Positions 1 through 9,224 of a stretch of DNA of 64,000 bases are shown here, piece after piece (position 1 is the first letter of the stretch; the number at the start of each line of letters is the position of its first letter). The notes beneath the pieces are model-generated. The model did not search any database, was not told where the DNA came from, and saw only the letters and a list, made by a program, of their open reading frames with translations. The DNA comes from Candidatus Krumholzibacteriales bacterium (lineage in GTDB: Bacteria > Krumholzibacteriota > Krumholzibacteriia > Krumholzibacteriales > WJIX01). The stretch covers positions 1 to 64,000 of the forward strand of contig JAWODM010000046.1 in NCBI GenBank assembly GCA_046483305.1, given 5' to 3'. The position numbers were made by a program, and so were the translations under genes.

Positions 1-104
1 TCTGCCAGCATCCCCTCCAGTATCCGGTACCTGTATTTCGGACACCAGACTACATGATATTTGCACTGATAGATCGCGTGTGATAACTTCTTCCATTTCG
101 ACAT
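1..104 (-). CDS. tnpA: IS200-family Y1 (HUH) transposase, 5' part
   Basis: Manual translation MSKWKKLSHAIYQCKYHVVWCPKYRYRILEGMLA matches the IS200 TnpA N-terminal motif YHxVWxPKYR. Not in the ORF track. Confidence 0.9.
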   Translation of the reverse strand, partial: MSKWKKLSHAIYQCKYHVVWCPKYRYRILEGMLA

Positions 105-185
105 GCCTCTATGCTATCATCTTACCACGAACTGGCATAGCCATTTTTCCATTACCACCTTCTAAGAAGGTGGATTTATAAGTTG
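1..185 (-). mobile_element. IS200/IS605-family insertion sequence, left end (truncated by window)
   Basis: TnpA N-terminus on the minus strand, a perfect subterminal hairpin CCACCTTC-TAA-GAAGGTGG (155-173), and a second stem CTATGC/GCATAG (109-114/135-140) next to the tnpA RBS. The exact end is approximate. Confidence 0.8.
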
Positions 186-207
186 ATTAAACGGAAAGGG
201 GAAAGGC

Positions 208-696
208 ATGAAACTGGCGGTAATGAGCGATACTCACGATAATGTTAATAATCTGACCAAAGCGATGGCGGGAGCCGAGGCGGCTGGCTGCAAATTACTC
301 ATTCACTGCGGCGACCTGGCAGCGCCGTTCATGATACATGAGCTGGCAAAGTTCAGGGGTGAGGTACATACCGTATTCGGTAACGTGGAAGGAGACCAGT
401 TCACTATCAAGGAATTCGCCGATCAGTATGATAATATCACCCTTCACGGAGAGGCCGGTTTTCTGGAGATAGACGGCGGCGGGATCGCCTTCACCCACAG
501 GCCGGTATTCGCCAGGGGGCTTGCCAGTACCGGGAGTTACAAATTCGTGTTCTACGGCCATACCCACCGGTATGATAAACAGAAGATAAAAGATACCTGG
601 ATGGTAAACCCCGGCGACCTGATCGGGCTTCACGAAGAGCCGGGATGGCTGGAAGTGGATACCGGAAAGGCCGAGTTCACCAGGCACGGCATATAA
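208..696 (+). CDS. YfcE/MJ0936-family metallophosphoesterase
   Basis: SDTHDN, HCGD, GNVEGD, FTH and GHTH calcineurin-like motifs, plus NPG near the C-terminus. Confidence 0.88.
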   Translation: MKLAVMSDTHDNVNNLTKAMAGAEAAGCKLLIHCGDLAAPFMIHELAKFRGEVHTVFGNVEGDQFTIKEFADQYDNITLHGEAGFLEIDGGGIAFTHRPVFARGLASTGSYKFVFYGHTHRYDKQKIKDTWMVNPGDLIGLHEEPGWLEVDTGKAEFTRHGI

Positions 697-1650
697 TTAA
701 ATATTTCCCGGGAAAGTTATCTCGAAATCAATATCAGGGCGGTTGGCCCTGAGGAATTCAAGAGCCTGATCTATGTCAGGTATACCCGCCCTCCCTCCCA
801 GCTTGCGGCACTTCAGTCCGGCGACGGCGTTGGAGAAAACAGATATCTTTCTGAGGTCCCAGCCCTGAAGAACGCCGTACAGGAACGCTCCGTGAAAGAC
901 ATCGCCTGCGCCGGTGGTATCGACTGCTTTTATTTTAAACCCCTGTTCTCTGAAGATATTATTACCTTCCAGCCCCGCGCAGCCGTTCTCTCCCAACGTT
1001 ACTACTGCCCCTCTGGGATTATAAGAATTTATCTGCTCCAATGCCTCTTCTACTGTCCCGTTATTCGAAATCTGACTTGCGAAGGTCTCGCTTGCGACTA
1101 TGTAGTCGCAGAAGGGGAGTATCTCTTCTACCTTATCCCGGAGAGTTCCCGCGTCTATGACTACCGGTATATTATTCTCGCTGGCAATTCCTGCAGCGTG
1201 GGCGGCAGCTTCCGGCTCCAGGGTATCTACCAGCAATCCATTTGCTGAAAGAATCAAATCCCGGTCCACCTGGTCCGGCCTGATAAAAGGCAGGGTTCCC
1301 CTGGTCCAGAGAATGGTTCTCTTACCGGTGCTCCTGTCGACCATTATAAAGGCAAACTGCGAGCGGGCGTTCTGTTCTATAATGACAGAAGATGTGTCTA
1401 TATCTTCTTTGTTTAATAGCTCCAGCATGGTTCTGCCGAAGCCGTCGTCCGCGACTATACCGGAATAGGCGGTCTTAAGTCCCAGACGGCGCATGGTCAC
1501 TGCGGCTGTTGCGGCGGGGCCTCCCCCCTGGATTTCAAACCGCTCCATCTCCAGCTTGAGGTTCTCTGCCGGGAAATGCGGGACTATCCCCAGGTAATCC
1601 ATCGCCGAGTAGCCGAAGCTGACCGCGTCGAATTTATTATTAATATTCAT
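697..1650 (-). CDS. PfkB/ribokinase-family carbohydrate kinase
   Basis: GGGPAATAA and DTTGAGDVFHGAF PfkB signatures. Start placed at MNINNK; the ORF track extends it to 1689. Confidence 0.88.
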   Translation of the reverse strand: MNINNKFDAVSFGYSAMDYLGIVPHFPAENLKLEMERFEIQGGGPAATAAVTMRRLGLKTAYSGIVADDGFGRTMLELLNKEDIDTSSVIIEQNARSQFAFIMVDRSTGKRTILWTRGTLPFIRPDQVDRDLILSANGLLVDTLEPEAAAHAAGIASENNIPVVIDAGTLRDKVEEILPFCDYIVASETFASQISNNGTVEEALEQINSYNPRGAVVTLGENGCAGLEGNNIFREQGFKIKAVDTTGAGDVFHGAFLYGVLQGWDLRKISVFSNAVAGLKCRKLGGRAGIPDIDQALEFLRANRPDIDFEITFPGNI

Positions 1651-1727
1651 ACTGCCTGATATCATAACTGTATATGAACAGCTTTTCAAGAGCGGTAACG
1701 GGCGGGATATCTTTCTTGATTTAATAC

Positions 1728-2258
1728 ATGTCCGGGGATTATCTTGAACCCATGAATGATATATTGAAATACTGCCCCTACTGCGCCGGGCCGCTTTCCC
1801 TGAGAGAGAACGAAGGAAGAAAGAGGCTGTTCTGCGATAACGAAAAGATTTATATCTACAGAAACCCTATACCCGCTGCGACCGGCCTGATACTTGATGA
1901 GGATAACCGTATCCTGCTGGTCCTCAGGGCCAGAGAGCCGGGCAAGGATGAATGGGGGCTTCCCGGAGGGTTCGTGGAGACCGACGAATCTCCCATATAC
2001 GCTGCCAGAAGAGAGGTGCTGGAAGAGACCGGGCTGACCGTTGACAATCCGGAGCTGATCAACGTGGTCTACCAGAACAGCGATTTCTATAATACTTCGA
2101 TACTGATAATCGGATACAGGTTCCTGGAATATGACGGGGATGTCGTTGCCGGAGACGATGCCGCCGAGGCCAGGTTCTTTCCGCTGAACCAGCTCCCGGA
2201 GCTGGCGTTCAGAAGCCACCGGGCGCTGATAGATGAAATGACCGAGAGATACCTCTAG
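1728..2258 (+). CDS. NUDIX hydrolase with N-terminal zinc-ribbon-like segment (ADP-ribose pyrophosphatase-like)
   Basis: KYCPYC near the N-terminus; Nudix box GGFVETDESPIYAARREVLEETGL. Confidence 0.88.
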   Translation: MSGDYLEPMNDILKYCPYCAGPLSLRENEGRKRLFCDNEKIYIYRNPIPAATGLILDEDNRILLVLRAREPGKDEWGLPGGFVETDESPIYAARREVLEETGLTVDNPELINVVYQNSDFYNTSILIIGYRFLEYDGDVVAGDDAAEARFFPLNQLPELAFRSHRALIDEMTERYL

Positions 2259-3301
2259 ACTATCCACCCGGCGAGGGTCTCTCTGCCCGCCGGGATAACC
2301 TGGAATTCTCTGGTATCGTTATTTCTTGCGGCAGTGACCCCGATCAGGTTTGATTCCCTGTCGTTGCAGTACTTTGCAGTAATAGAGGCCGCTTTCTTCA
2401 GGTTTTCCTCAGAATCGTCTCCGAAAAGTACAACCACGGGGCCGGTTACATCGGAAGCCTCCAGTATCCAGTTATTATTATAACTTTTTTCCAGGTAATC
2501 GTTTTCATGCTTATTTCTTCCCACTATTACTCTGGCCTCTTCAGATATCCTGAAATGCCTTCCCACCCCCAGGGCGACGGTATCCTTGACTGTTATATTC
2601 TCAGCCCCGGCGAAGTCAATCAGGTCCTTGAATCGGCCGCAGAAGTTGACATCGGTGAGCAGGCACCCCCCGGCCGGAGCGGGGTAATCACCGACTCCGA
2701 ACTCCTCGGCCAGCGCCATCTGCCTCCTCCGGGACCTTCCCTGTATATCCATAAGCTTATTACGGTCTATCCAGCCCTTCTTTCCGGGGATAGTGGGTTT
2801 CAGGATCTTTCCGCTGAGGGGCCGGACGATCAATCCTTCCAGCCCGCTTCTTTTTTCTATCACCTTCATCATCCTGCTGTTCTGTGACATCGGCCTCTGT
2901 CCCAGGACCTCCCCGGTGAATATGAAATCGGCTCTGCCCTCTTCGATCATATCCGCCCCTATCCCGAAGAAATCTATCTTGCAGTCGATGCAGGGATTTA
3001 AATTCTTTCCGTAGCCGTAACGCGGGTCGATAAGAGTCTTCAGAAATTCCTCTGAAATATCAATTATCTCTACCGGTACACCGAACTTATTCTCCAGATC
3101 CAGCTTCTTCCGGCGCTTCCACTGGTCTTCGGTAATGGAAATATCGGCCCTGGCTTTCATGGTGCCGTGCCCGAAGCCGTTTATTACGTGGACCAGGAAT
3201 ATATCGACATCCTGGAGCTTCATCAGCTCGGCAGCTATGATGCTGTCCAGGCCTCCCGACACAAACCCCGCTGCAGTCGCTTTTTTCATGATATTATCCA
3301 T
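2255..3301 (-). CDS. PP-loop ATP pyrophosphatase, ThiI/MnmA-like putative tRNA sulfurtransferase with DUF814-like C-terminal domain
   Basis: SGGLDS PP-loop, NPCIDCK, TGEVLGQRPMSQ, PAGGCLLTD, GRHFR...IVGRN. Confidence 0.78.
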   Translation of the reverse strand: MDNIMKKATAAGFVSGGLDSIIAAELMKLQDVDIFLVHVINGFGHGTMKARADISITEDQWKRRKKLDLENKFGVPVEIIDISEEFLKTLIDPRYGYGKNLNPCIDCKIDFFGIGADMIEEGRADFIFTGEVLGQRPMSQNSRMMKVIEKRSGLEGLIVRPLSGKILKPTIPGKKGWIDRNKLMDIQGRSRRRQMALAEEFGVGDYPAPAGGCLLTDVNFCGRFKDLIDFAGAENITVKDTVALGVGRHFRISEEARVIVGRNKHENDYLEKSYNNNWILEASDVTGPVVVLFGDDSEENLKKAASITAKYCNDRESNLIGVTAARNNDTREFQVIPAGRETLAGWIV

Positions 3302-3361
3302 TCTATATTTATAATCGTTATATCTACTTAATCTAATAGGAAATCCGCGCTTTTAACAGAA

Positions 3362-4276
3362 TTAATTTTCCCGGTGATCATCAGTCGCGGAGAGGGCGCT
3401 CTGCAGAGACCTGCCTATGAAATTAAAACAGAGGCAGGTGATGAAGATCATGAATCCGGGAGCGAACGCCGCCATGGGGTCTGTTCTCAGAAAGGCCCTG
3501 CCGTTGTCCAGCATGTTTCCCCAGGTGGGGGTGGGAGGCTGAATCCCGAACCCGAGAAAGCTCAGGGCGCTCTCTATCAGCATGGCGTTGGCAAGCCCTA
3601 TGGTGGCGGCTACCGCCACCGGGCCGGCCACCGCCGGAAGAATATGTTTGAGGGCTGCCAGCGCCGGCCTCTCTCCCATCGATACCGATGCCTGAACGAA
3701 ACCGGAGCTCTTCAGCGAATAGATTTCGGCCCTGGTTACCCTGGCTATCTCCATCCAGGAGACCGCCCCGATAATCAGGGGAATGACCCAGATGCTGCCG
3801 GGAAAGGCCGACGAGGCGACCAGGAGGATCAGAAAAAGGGGCACCGAAAGAAACAGGTCCACGAACGAGGAGACCGCGCTGTCCGCCCATCCGCCGTAAA
3901 AACCGGCCGCGCCCCCCAGGATCAACCCCAGTGCCACAGCTATGAGTACGGCGGCAAAGGCGCTGAGCAGCGAATACCTGGCTCCGTATATCAGCCGGGT
4001 GAACAGGTCCCTTCCCAGGTTATCCGTTCCCAGGAAATGGGAGGCCGAGCCGGGCTGATTTATACTGTCCATATCTATGGCGTCTCTCTGGTAGGGGGTC
4101 AGAACCGGCGCCAGGACGGCTATTATTACAAGCAGTACGATAAATATAAAAGGCATGAAGAAGGTTCTCGAAGAGAGCAGCCTCTGCATCAGCCCGGCCT
4201 TCTTTCCACGGACCGGGATGCGGGCCGGGTCGACATGATAATTTATAATTTTCTTTCTTTCCTCTGGGGTAGTCAT
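3362..4276 (-). CDS. dppC: Peptide/nickel ABC transporter permease (DppC/OppC-like)
   Basis: HFLGTDNLGRDLFTRLIYGAR and ESALSFLGFGIQPPTPTWG; ATGA overlap with the upstream permease. Confidence 0.88.
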   Translation of the reverse strand: MTTPEERKKIINYHVDPARIPVRGKKAGLMQRLLSSRTFFMPFIFIVLLVIIAVLAPVLTPYQRDAIDMDSINQPGSASHFLGTDNLGRDLFTRLIYGARYSLLSAFAAVLIAVALGLILGGAAGFYGGWADSAVSSFVDLFLSVPLFLILLVASSAFPGSIWVIPLIIGAVSWMEIARVTRAEIYSLKSSGFVQASVSMGERPALAALKHILPAVAGPVAVAATIGLANAMLIESALSFLGFGIQPPTPTWGNMLDNGRAFLRTDPMAAFAPGFMIFITCLCFNFIGRSLQSALSATDDHREN

Positions 4277-5223
4277 CCGCTCTCCCTCCCCCTGGGGTCG
4301 AGAAGGATGCAAATAATATCTCCTATGAAATTAAACAGAATAATCACCAGTGAGGCTATTACCACGATCCCAAGGACCCTGGTATAGTCGTGCCTCTGAA
4401 GTCCCTGGTAGAACATCATCCCCATGCCCGGCCAGGAGAAGACGGTCTCGGTTATCACCGCCCCGGTAAACAGGGTGGATACCTGCATCGATATCGCCGC
4501 CACCGCCGGCAGGATAGATCTTTTAAGGGCGTGCTTGAGGACTATCGCCGCCGAGCCCAGCCCCTTCGCCCTGGCGGTAGTGATGAAGTCCAGTTTCATG
4601 GTCTCTATCATCCCGGTCCTGATATACTGCCCCCAGGCGGAGAGGTAGGCCAGCCCCAGCACGCAGGCGGGCATAATCAGGTGTTTGAGACTTATTCCCC
4701 CCGTCTCTATATCGCCAATCCCCCCCGCCGGAAGAAGGTCCAGCTTTATGGAAAAGAGCAGTATCGCCATCAGCCCGAACCAGAATACCGGTATCGACAT
4801 CCCCGCCACCGATATCATCGAAAATAACTGGTCTATTATCCCGCCCCTGCTCAGAGCCGAGATCACCCCTATAGCCAGGCCGAATATCAGGGCCAGCAGG
4901 AATGCGGTCCCCATCAGCTGAAGGGTCGCCGGAAGACGCTCCAGTATCATATCCGTCACCGGCCTCCCGGTGACGTAGCTGGTCCCGAAATCGAACTCCA
5001 GGAAGGTGGATTTGAACCACCGCAGGTACTGCACCGGAAGGGGGTCGTCCAGCCCCATGTTCTCTCTTATTCTCTGAATATCCTGGCCGGAGATCCTGGG
5101 ATTGCCGGCGAGTATACCCGCCGGGCCTCCCGGGGCCAGGTGAAGCAGTATAAAGGTCAACAGCGATATCGCTATCACCAGGGGGATTATACGTAATACT
5201 CTATATGCAATAAACCTGTACAT
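4273..5223 (-). CDS. dppB: Peptide/nickel ABC transporter permease (DppB/OppB-like)
   Basis: GLDDPLPVQY, TARAKGL and ETVFSWPGMG motifs. Confidence 0.9.
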   Translation of the reverse strand: MYRFIAYRVLRIIPLVIAISLLTFILLHLAPGGPAGILAGNPRISGQDIQRIRENMGLDDPLPVQYLRWFKSTFLEFDFGTSYVTGRPVTDMILERLPATLQLMGTAFLLALIFGLAIGVISALSRGGIIDQLFSMISVAGMSIPVFWFGLMAILLFSIKLDLLPAGGIGDIETGGISLKHLIMPACVLGLAYLSAWGQYIRTGMIETMKLDFITTARAKGLGSAAIVLKHALKRSILPAVAAISMQVSTLFTGAVITETVFSWPGMGMMFYQGLQRHDYTRVLGIVVIASLVIILFNFIGDIICILLDPRGRESG

Positions 5224-5224
5224 A

Positions 5225-6649
5225 TTATTTTACTAATTCTACCCTCTCTCCCCTTTCGGGAATAAATACATCCATATTATTTATTTTATCCTTCAGGGCC
5301 GCTGCCTGGCCGTAATCGCCGTGAACCAGGAAGAGCTTCCTGATTCCGTTTATATTATTCAGCCACTCCAGCAGCCCCCTCTGGTCGGCGTGCCCGGAGA
5401 AGCAATGGAAGGTCCTGACCTCCAACTCCGGCCCTATCCATTTTTTAAGATATTTTCCCTTCTCGCTGTATCTGACCAGGACCGGGTCCTGGCCGTTCTG
5501 AAGACGCCTGCCCAGCGAACCGGGAGACTGCCACCCCACCAGGCAGAGAAGGTTCTTCCCGTCGTCGAACATCCTGATCAGGTGACGGGGCGAGTTTGCG
5601 TGATCGAGGTTCCCGCTGGAGGAGATAAACACCGACGGGCGGTGCCGCCTGCCGTGAACTTCCAGCGAGGATTTGCTTCTTACTTCCCTCAGGGCTGATG
5701 TCGTCAGAAACTTCTCTTTGGACGCCATACTGTTCAGGCTGGCCCGGTTATCCCGGAATATATCGCTGATTCTATTTGCAGTGGGGCTGTCGGAATAGAT
5801 TAATGTATTTACCGGTATCAAACCCTCTCTGCGGTAAAGCTCCAGGACCGCTATTACCTCCTGGGTCCTCCCCAGGGTAAACGCGGGTATCAGAACATCC
5901 CCTCCCCTTTCCAGGACATCACCCACAGCGCGGGCGAACTCCTCCCGGCCCTCCTCCGCGCCGCCCTCTCTGACTCTGCCTCCGTAGGTCGATTCCATGA
6001 TAACGAAATCGGCCCGCCGGCAGCTTTCCAGTGGGCGGAGCAGAATCGAGTTGCCGGATCCGAGGTCGCCGGAGAATACCACCCTGGTGGTATCTGATTT
6101 ATTATTAAATTTAATCTCTACAAAGCCCGCCCCCAGAAGGTGCTCCGCCCTCCTGAACCTGAAAGATATGTTATTTTCATTTTTCCACTCCCCGAAACCA
6201 ACTCCGCGGATACTGCCCAGGGCGAGGTTATAGATCTCCCTGGGGACCCTGTCCCTCTTGAACGACCGGGCCATCCTCAGCATCCGGGGAACTATCTGTT
6301 CGGTAGGAGTAGAGCAGTACACCGCGCCCCGGAAACCCTCCCTGAACAGCTCCGGGATAAGGCCGCAGTGGTCGCTGTGGGCATGGGTCAGGATCATGAA
6401 CGATATCCTCTCCGGGAGGGGAGGCAATATATCTGTTCCCGCACCGGAGAAAGTCCCGCAGTCGACCAGAACCGAAACGCTGTCATCGACTTCCAGCATG
6501 TAGCAGGAGCCTCCGACCTCCCTGGCCCCCCCGAAGAAGGTCAGGGCCGGATATTCCTCAGAATGCAGAGCTTCCGGCAGAAACCTCAGAACGATAACCA
6601 CTGCCGCCACCGCGGCGGTAATCAGAATCGTATTTTTCCGCCTGTTCAT
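5225..6649 (-). CDS. MBL-fold beta-CASP nuclease (YSH1/CPSF73-like) with N-terminal signal or TM segment
   Basis: GGAREVGGSC, LVDCG, THAHSDHCG, FSGDLG, MESTYG, GRTQE, FSGHAD, LVHG; basic then hydrophobic N-terminus. Confidence 0.88.
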   Translation of the reverse strand: MNRRKNTILITAAVAAVVIVLRFLPEALHSEEYPALTFFGGAREVGGSCYMLEVDDSVSVLVDCGTFSGAGTDILPPLPERISFMILTHAHSDHCGLIPELFREGFRGAVYCSTPTEQIVPRMLRMARSFKRDRVPREIYNLALGSIRGVGFGEWKNENNISFRFRRAEHLLGAGFVEIKFNNKSDTTRVVFSGDLGSGNSILLRPLESCRRADFVIMESTYGGRVREGGAEEGREEFARAVGDVLERGGDVLIPAFTLGRTQEVIAVLELYRREGLIPVNTLIYSDSPTANRISDIFRDNRASLNSMASKEKFLTTSALREVRSKSSLEVHGRRHRPSVFISSSGNLDHANSPRHLIRMFDDGKNLLCLVGWQSPGSLGRRLQNGQDPVLVRYSEKGKYLKKWIGPELEVRTFHCFSGHADQRGLLEWLNNINGIRKLFLVHGDYGQAAALKDKINNMDVFIPERGERVELVK

Positions 6650-6658
6650 ATCTGTCCC

Positions 6659-8296
6659 TTATTTCCTGAGCCGCCACCGGGCCGCGTTCCAGGTATCCTG
6701 CGACTGGGTCGGGTTGGGGCGGTAGTTTTCCAGGTTCTCAGGCATGGCGTCAACCAGGGTTATCCAGAGAAGGGGCACCACCGGCATCTCACGGGCCAGG
6801 ATCTCCATGATATCCATGTATAATCTCTTTCTTTCCTCGAAAGAGACCGCGGCGCTTCCCCTGGCCAGAAGCCGGGTCAGCTCCTCGTTCCGGTAGTAGG
6901 AGTAGTTCTGCCCCTCCGGGGGAATAAAATCGGCCGAATAGCTGGTCTCCTTGGTGGAAGGGTCCGGCGGCGCCATGAAGGCGTACAGCGCCATGTCGTA
7001 CTCTCCCCTGGTCAGTATCCCCCTGTCGTCGTACCCGGCGAACATCACCGAAGGATGATAATTCTTTATTCTTATATCGAAACCCACCCTTCCCAGCTGC
7101 TCCACCAGCACCACCTCGGTCCTCTCCCGGTTGGCCCTTCCGGTGGTGGTGGAAAGGGTTACGGTAAGTTTTCTGCCTTCCTTCTCCCTGATTCCGTCGC
7201 CGTCGCTGTCCAGCCAGCCCGCCTCCCTGAGAAGCTTCTCGGCCCGGGCCGGGTCGTACATATTCATCTCCCTGCCTATACCGGTATGGTAGGGAGATGC
7301 CGGATGCTCGTCGCTGTAGGCCGGTATCCAGAGCCCGCCGTATATCTTCCCGGAAATTACCTCCCGGTCTATGGCGGCAGAGACCGCTCTTCTCACCCGG
7401 GGGTCGTCAAGAGGCGGCCTGGAACAGTTAAGGTCCAGGTGCTCCAGAAACAGCGCAGGGGTCCGGTACTGCTTTATCCCGTCAATCTTATCCAGAAGAT
7501 CTAGCATCCCGGAGGGGACGTTGTCGGCGCCCATTATCCCGCCGCTCTCCAGCTGGAAGAGCATGGCGTTATCCTCCAGTATGAATCTGATTATTATCCT
7601 GTCCAGGTAGGGGCCGTCGCCGTAGTAATCGCTGTTGGGAACGAAAACCATATGCGAGCCGTGTTCCCATTTTTCGAGAATAAAGGGGCCGCTGCCGACC
7701 GGCTTCTGGTGGTAGGGAGCGTTCATGAAGTTTTTTCCCGCGTAATCCTTCAGAAGGTGCCTGGGAAGGACCGACTCGTCGTAGAAGCAGTCCCCAGCGA
7801 AGTTGGCGTATACCCTGCTGAGATGAAAAATAACGGTATGCGGGTCCGGAGTCTCAACCCTCTCGATCACATCCCATCCCTGCCTGGTACCGACGTTTAT
7901 ATCGGGATTCTTCATCAGCCCGACTGTAAACTTTATATCCGCAGAGGTAACCGGCTTTCCATCGTGCCACCGGGCGTTTTCTCTGAGATGATAGGTGTAC
8001 CTGAGATGATCCTCCGATATACCGCCGTTTTCGACGGTGGGAACCTCGCGGATAAGGTCCGGGATCAGCTCCATCCTGTCATTGTGCTTCACAAACTTGC
8101 TGAAGATCAGGTTGCATACATAGATGCTTGACACCATGCTACTTACAGCTTCATTGAGTATCTCCGGCTCCTGCTGGATCCCTATAACCAGCCTCTTTTC
8201 CCCCCCTCCCCGCTTACTCTGGTCGGAGCTCGAACATCCGGAAAAAATCATTATAGCGGCAAGTATGAATGAAGAAATGCGCCTTGAAATACCCAT
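6659..8296 (-). CDS. dppA: Peptide ABC transporter substrate-binding lipoprotein (family 5)
   Basis: Lipobox IFSGC; HLRENARWHDGKPVTSADIKFT; PVGSGPF. Confidence 0.88.
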   Translation of the reverse strand: MGISRRISSFILAAIMIFSGCSSSDQSKRGGGEKRLVIGIQQEPEILNEAVSSMVSSIYVCNLIFSKFVKHNDRMELIPDLIREVPTVENGGISEDHLRYTYHLRENARWHDGKPVTSADIKFTVGLMKNPDINVGTRQGWDVIERVETPDPHTVIFHLSRVYANFAGDCFYDESVLPRHLLKDYAGKNFMNAPYHQKPVGSGPFILEKWEHGSHMVFVPNSDYYGDGPYLDRIIIRFILEDNAMLFQLESGGIMGADNVPSGMLDLLDKIDGIKQYRTPALFLEHLDLNCSRPPLDDPRVRRAVSAAIDREVISGKIYGGLWIPAYSDEHPASPYHTGIGREMNMYDPARAEKLLREAGWLDSDGDGIREKEGRKLTVTLSTTTGRANRERTEVVLVEQLGRVGFDIRIKNYHPSVMFAGYDDRGILTRGEYDMALYAFMAPPDPSTKETSYSADFIPPEGQNYSYYRNEELTRLLARGSAAVSFEERKRLYMDIMEILAREMPVVPLLWITLVDAMPENLENYRPNPTQSQDTWNAARWRLRK

Positions 8297-8417
8297 TATA
8301 CCCCCAATTTATTTACCAGTAAATATAGTATTCCGTTACAGTTCAAGCATTTAATATGCCAGAAAGGCGGCCGGGGCGGCAGGGGCGAAAACTGTGGTGT
8401 AAAGTATTCCGACAGTT

Positions 8418-9224
8418 CTAGATGTAGGAGTGCAGCCCGCCCAGCACCAGCGTGCCCAGGAAGGATAAGATTATGATTACAAAGCCGATTATGGACATCC
8501 AGGCCAGTACCGCCCCCTGCCATTTTCCCCTTCTCTGCTGATGAAGCAGCAGCGTATAAAAGAGCCAGACCACCAGGGCCCCGGTCTCCTTGGGGTCCCA
8601 GCTCCAGAACCTGCCCCATGCCTTCCAGGCCCACAGAGCCCCCGCGAACAGCGCTCCCACTGTAAACAGGGGATACCCCACACGGATAGCCCCGGTAATA
8701 AGATCTTCCACCCGGTCCGATTCCCGGAAATCAGGGCCGCTCCGGGATACTCTGATCAGGTAATACCCTCCCCCGCCAGCCGCTATGAGAAAGGCGCACT
8801 CGGAGGCGGCTGCCAGTATGATATGGATATAGAACCAGTAGCTCTGAAGAGCGGGCATCAGCTGTTTGGATATCTCCTTGGGCAGAAAGGCGGATATAAC
8901 GAAAATAACGACTATTACCGGAGATACCGCGGCCCCGCCTATGGAGATATCGAACCTGAACATCAGGGCGACGAAGGACGCGGCTATCAGCCATGAAAGT
9001 ATCAGTGAATAACCGAACATATTGCCGATCGGCATGTGGGAGGAATAGTACCATCTCAGGGCTATACCCGCGGTATGGGCTATCAGCGCGGCGGAGAAGC
9101 CCACCAGGGCGGCCCTCTCGCTAATTCTGCTGCGGGTAGCCGAGTACACCACGAACAGCGGGAATGAAATCAGATACCCCCAGAAAGCGATCCAGAACAG
9201 AGTGATGTCAGCTGCCGGTTCCAT
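8418..9224 (-). CDS. ccsA: Cytochrome c biogenesis System II protein CcsA/ResC
   Basis: WWD domain WAWKAWGRFWSWDPKETGALVVW, C-terminal GLHSY, multiple TM helices. Confidence 0.92.
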   Translation of the reverse strand: MEPAADITLFWIAFWGYLISFPLFVVYSATRSRISERAALVGFSAALIAHTAGIALRWYYSSHMPIGNMFGYSLILSWLIAASFVALMFRFDISIGGAAVSPVIVVIFVISAFLPKEISKQLMPALQSYWFYIHIILAAASECAFLIAAGGGGYYLIRVSRSGPDFRESDRVEDLITGAIRVGYPLFTVGALFAGALWAWKAWGRFWSWDPKETGALVVWLFYTLLLHQQRRGKWQGAVLAWMSIIGFVIIILSFLGTLVLGGLHSYI

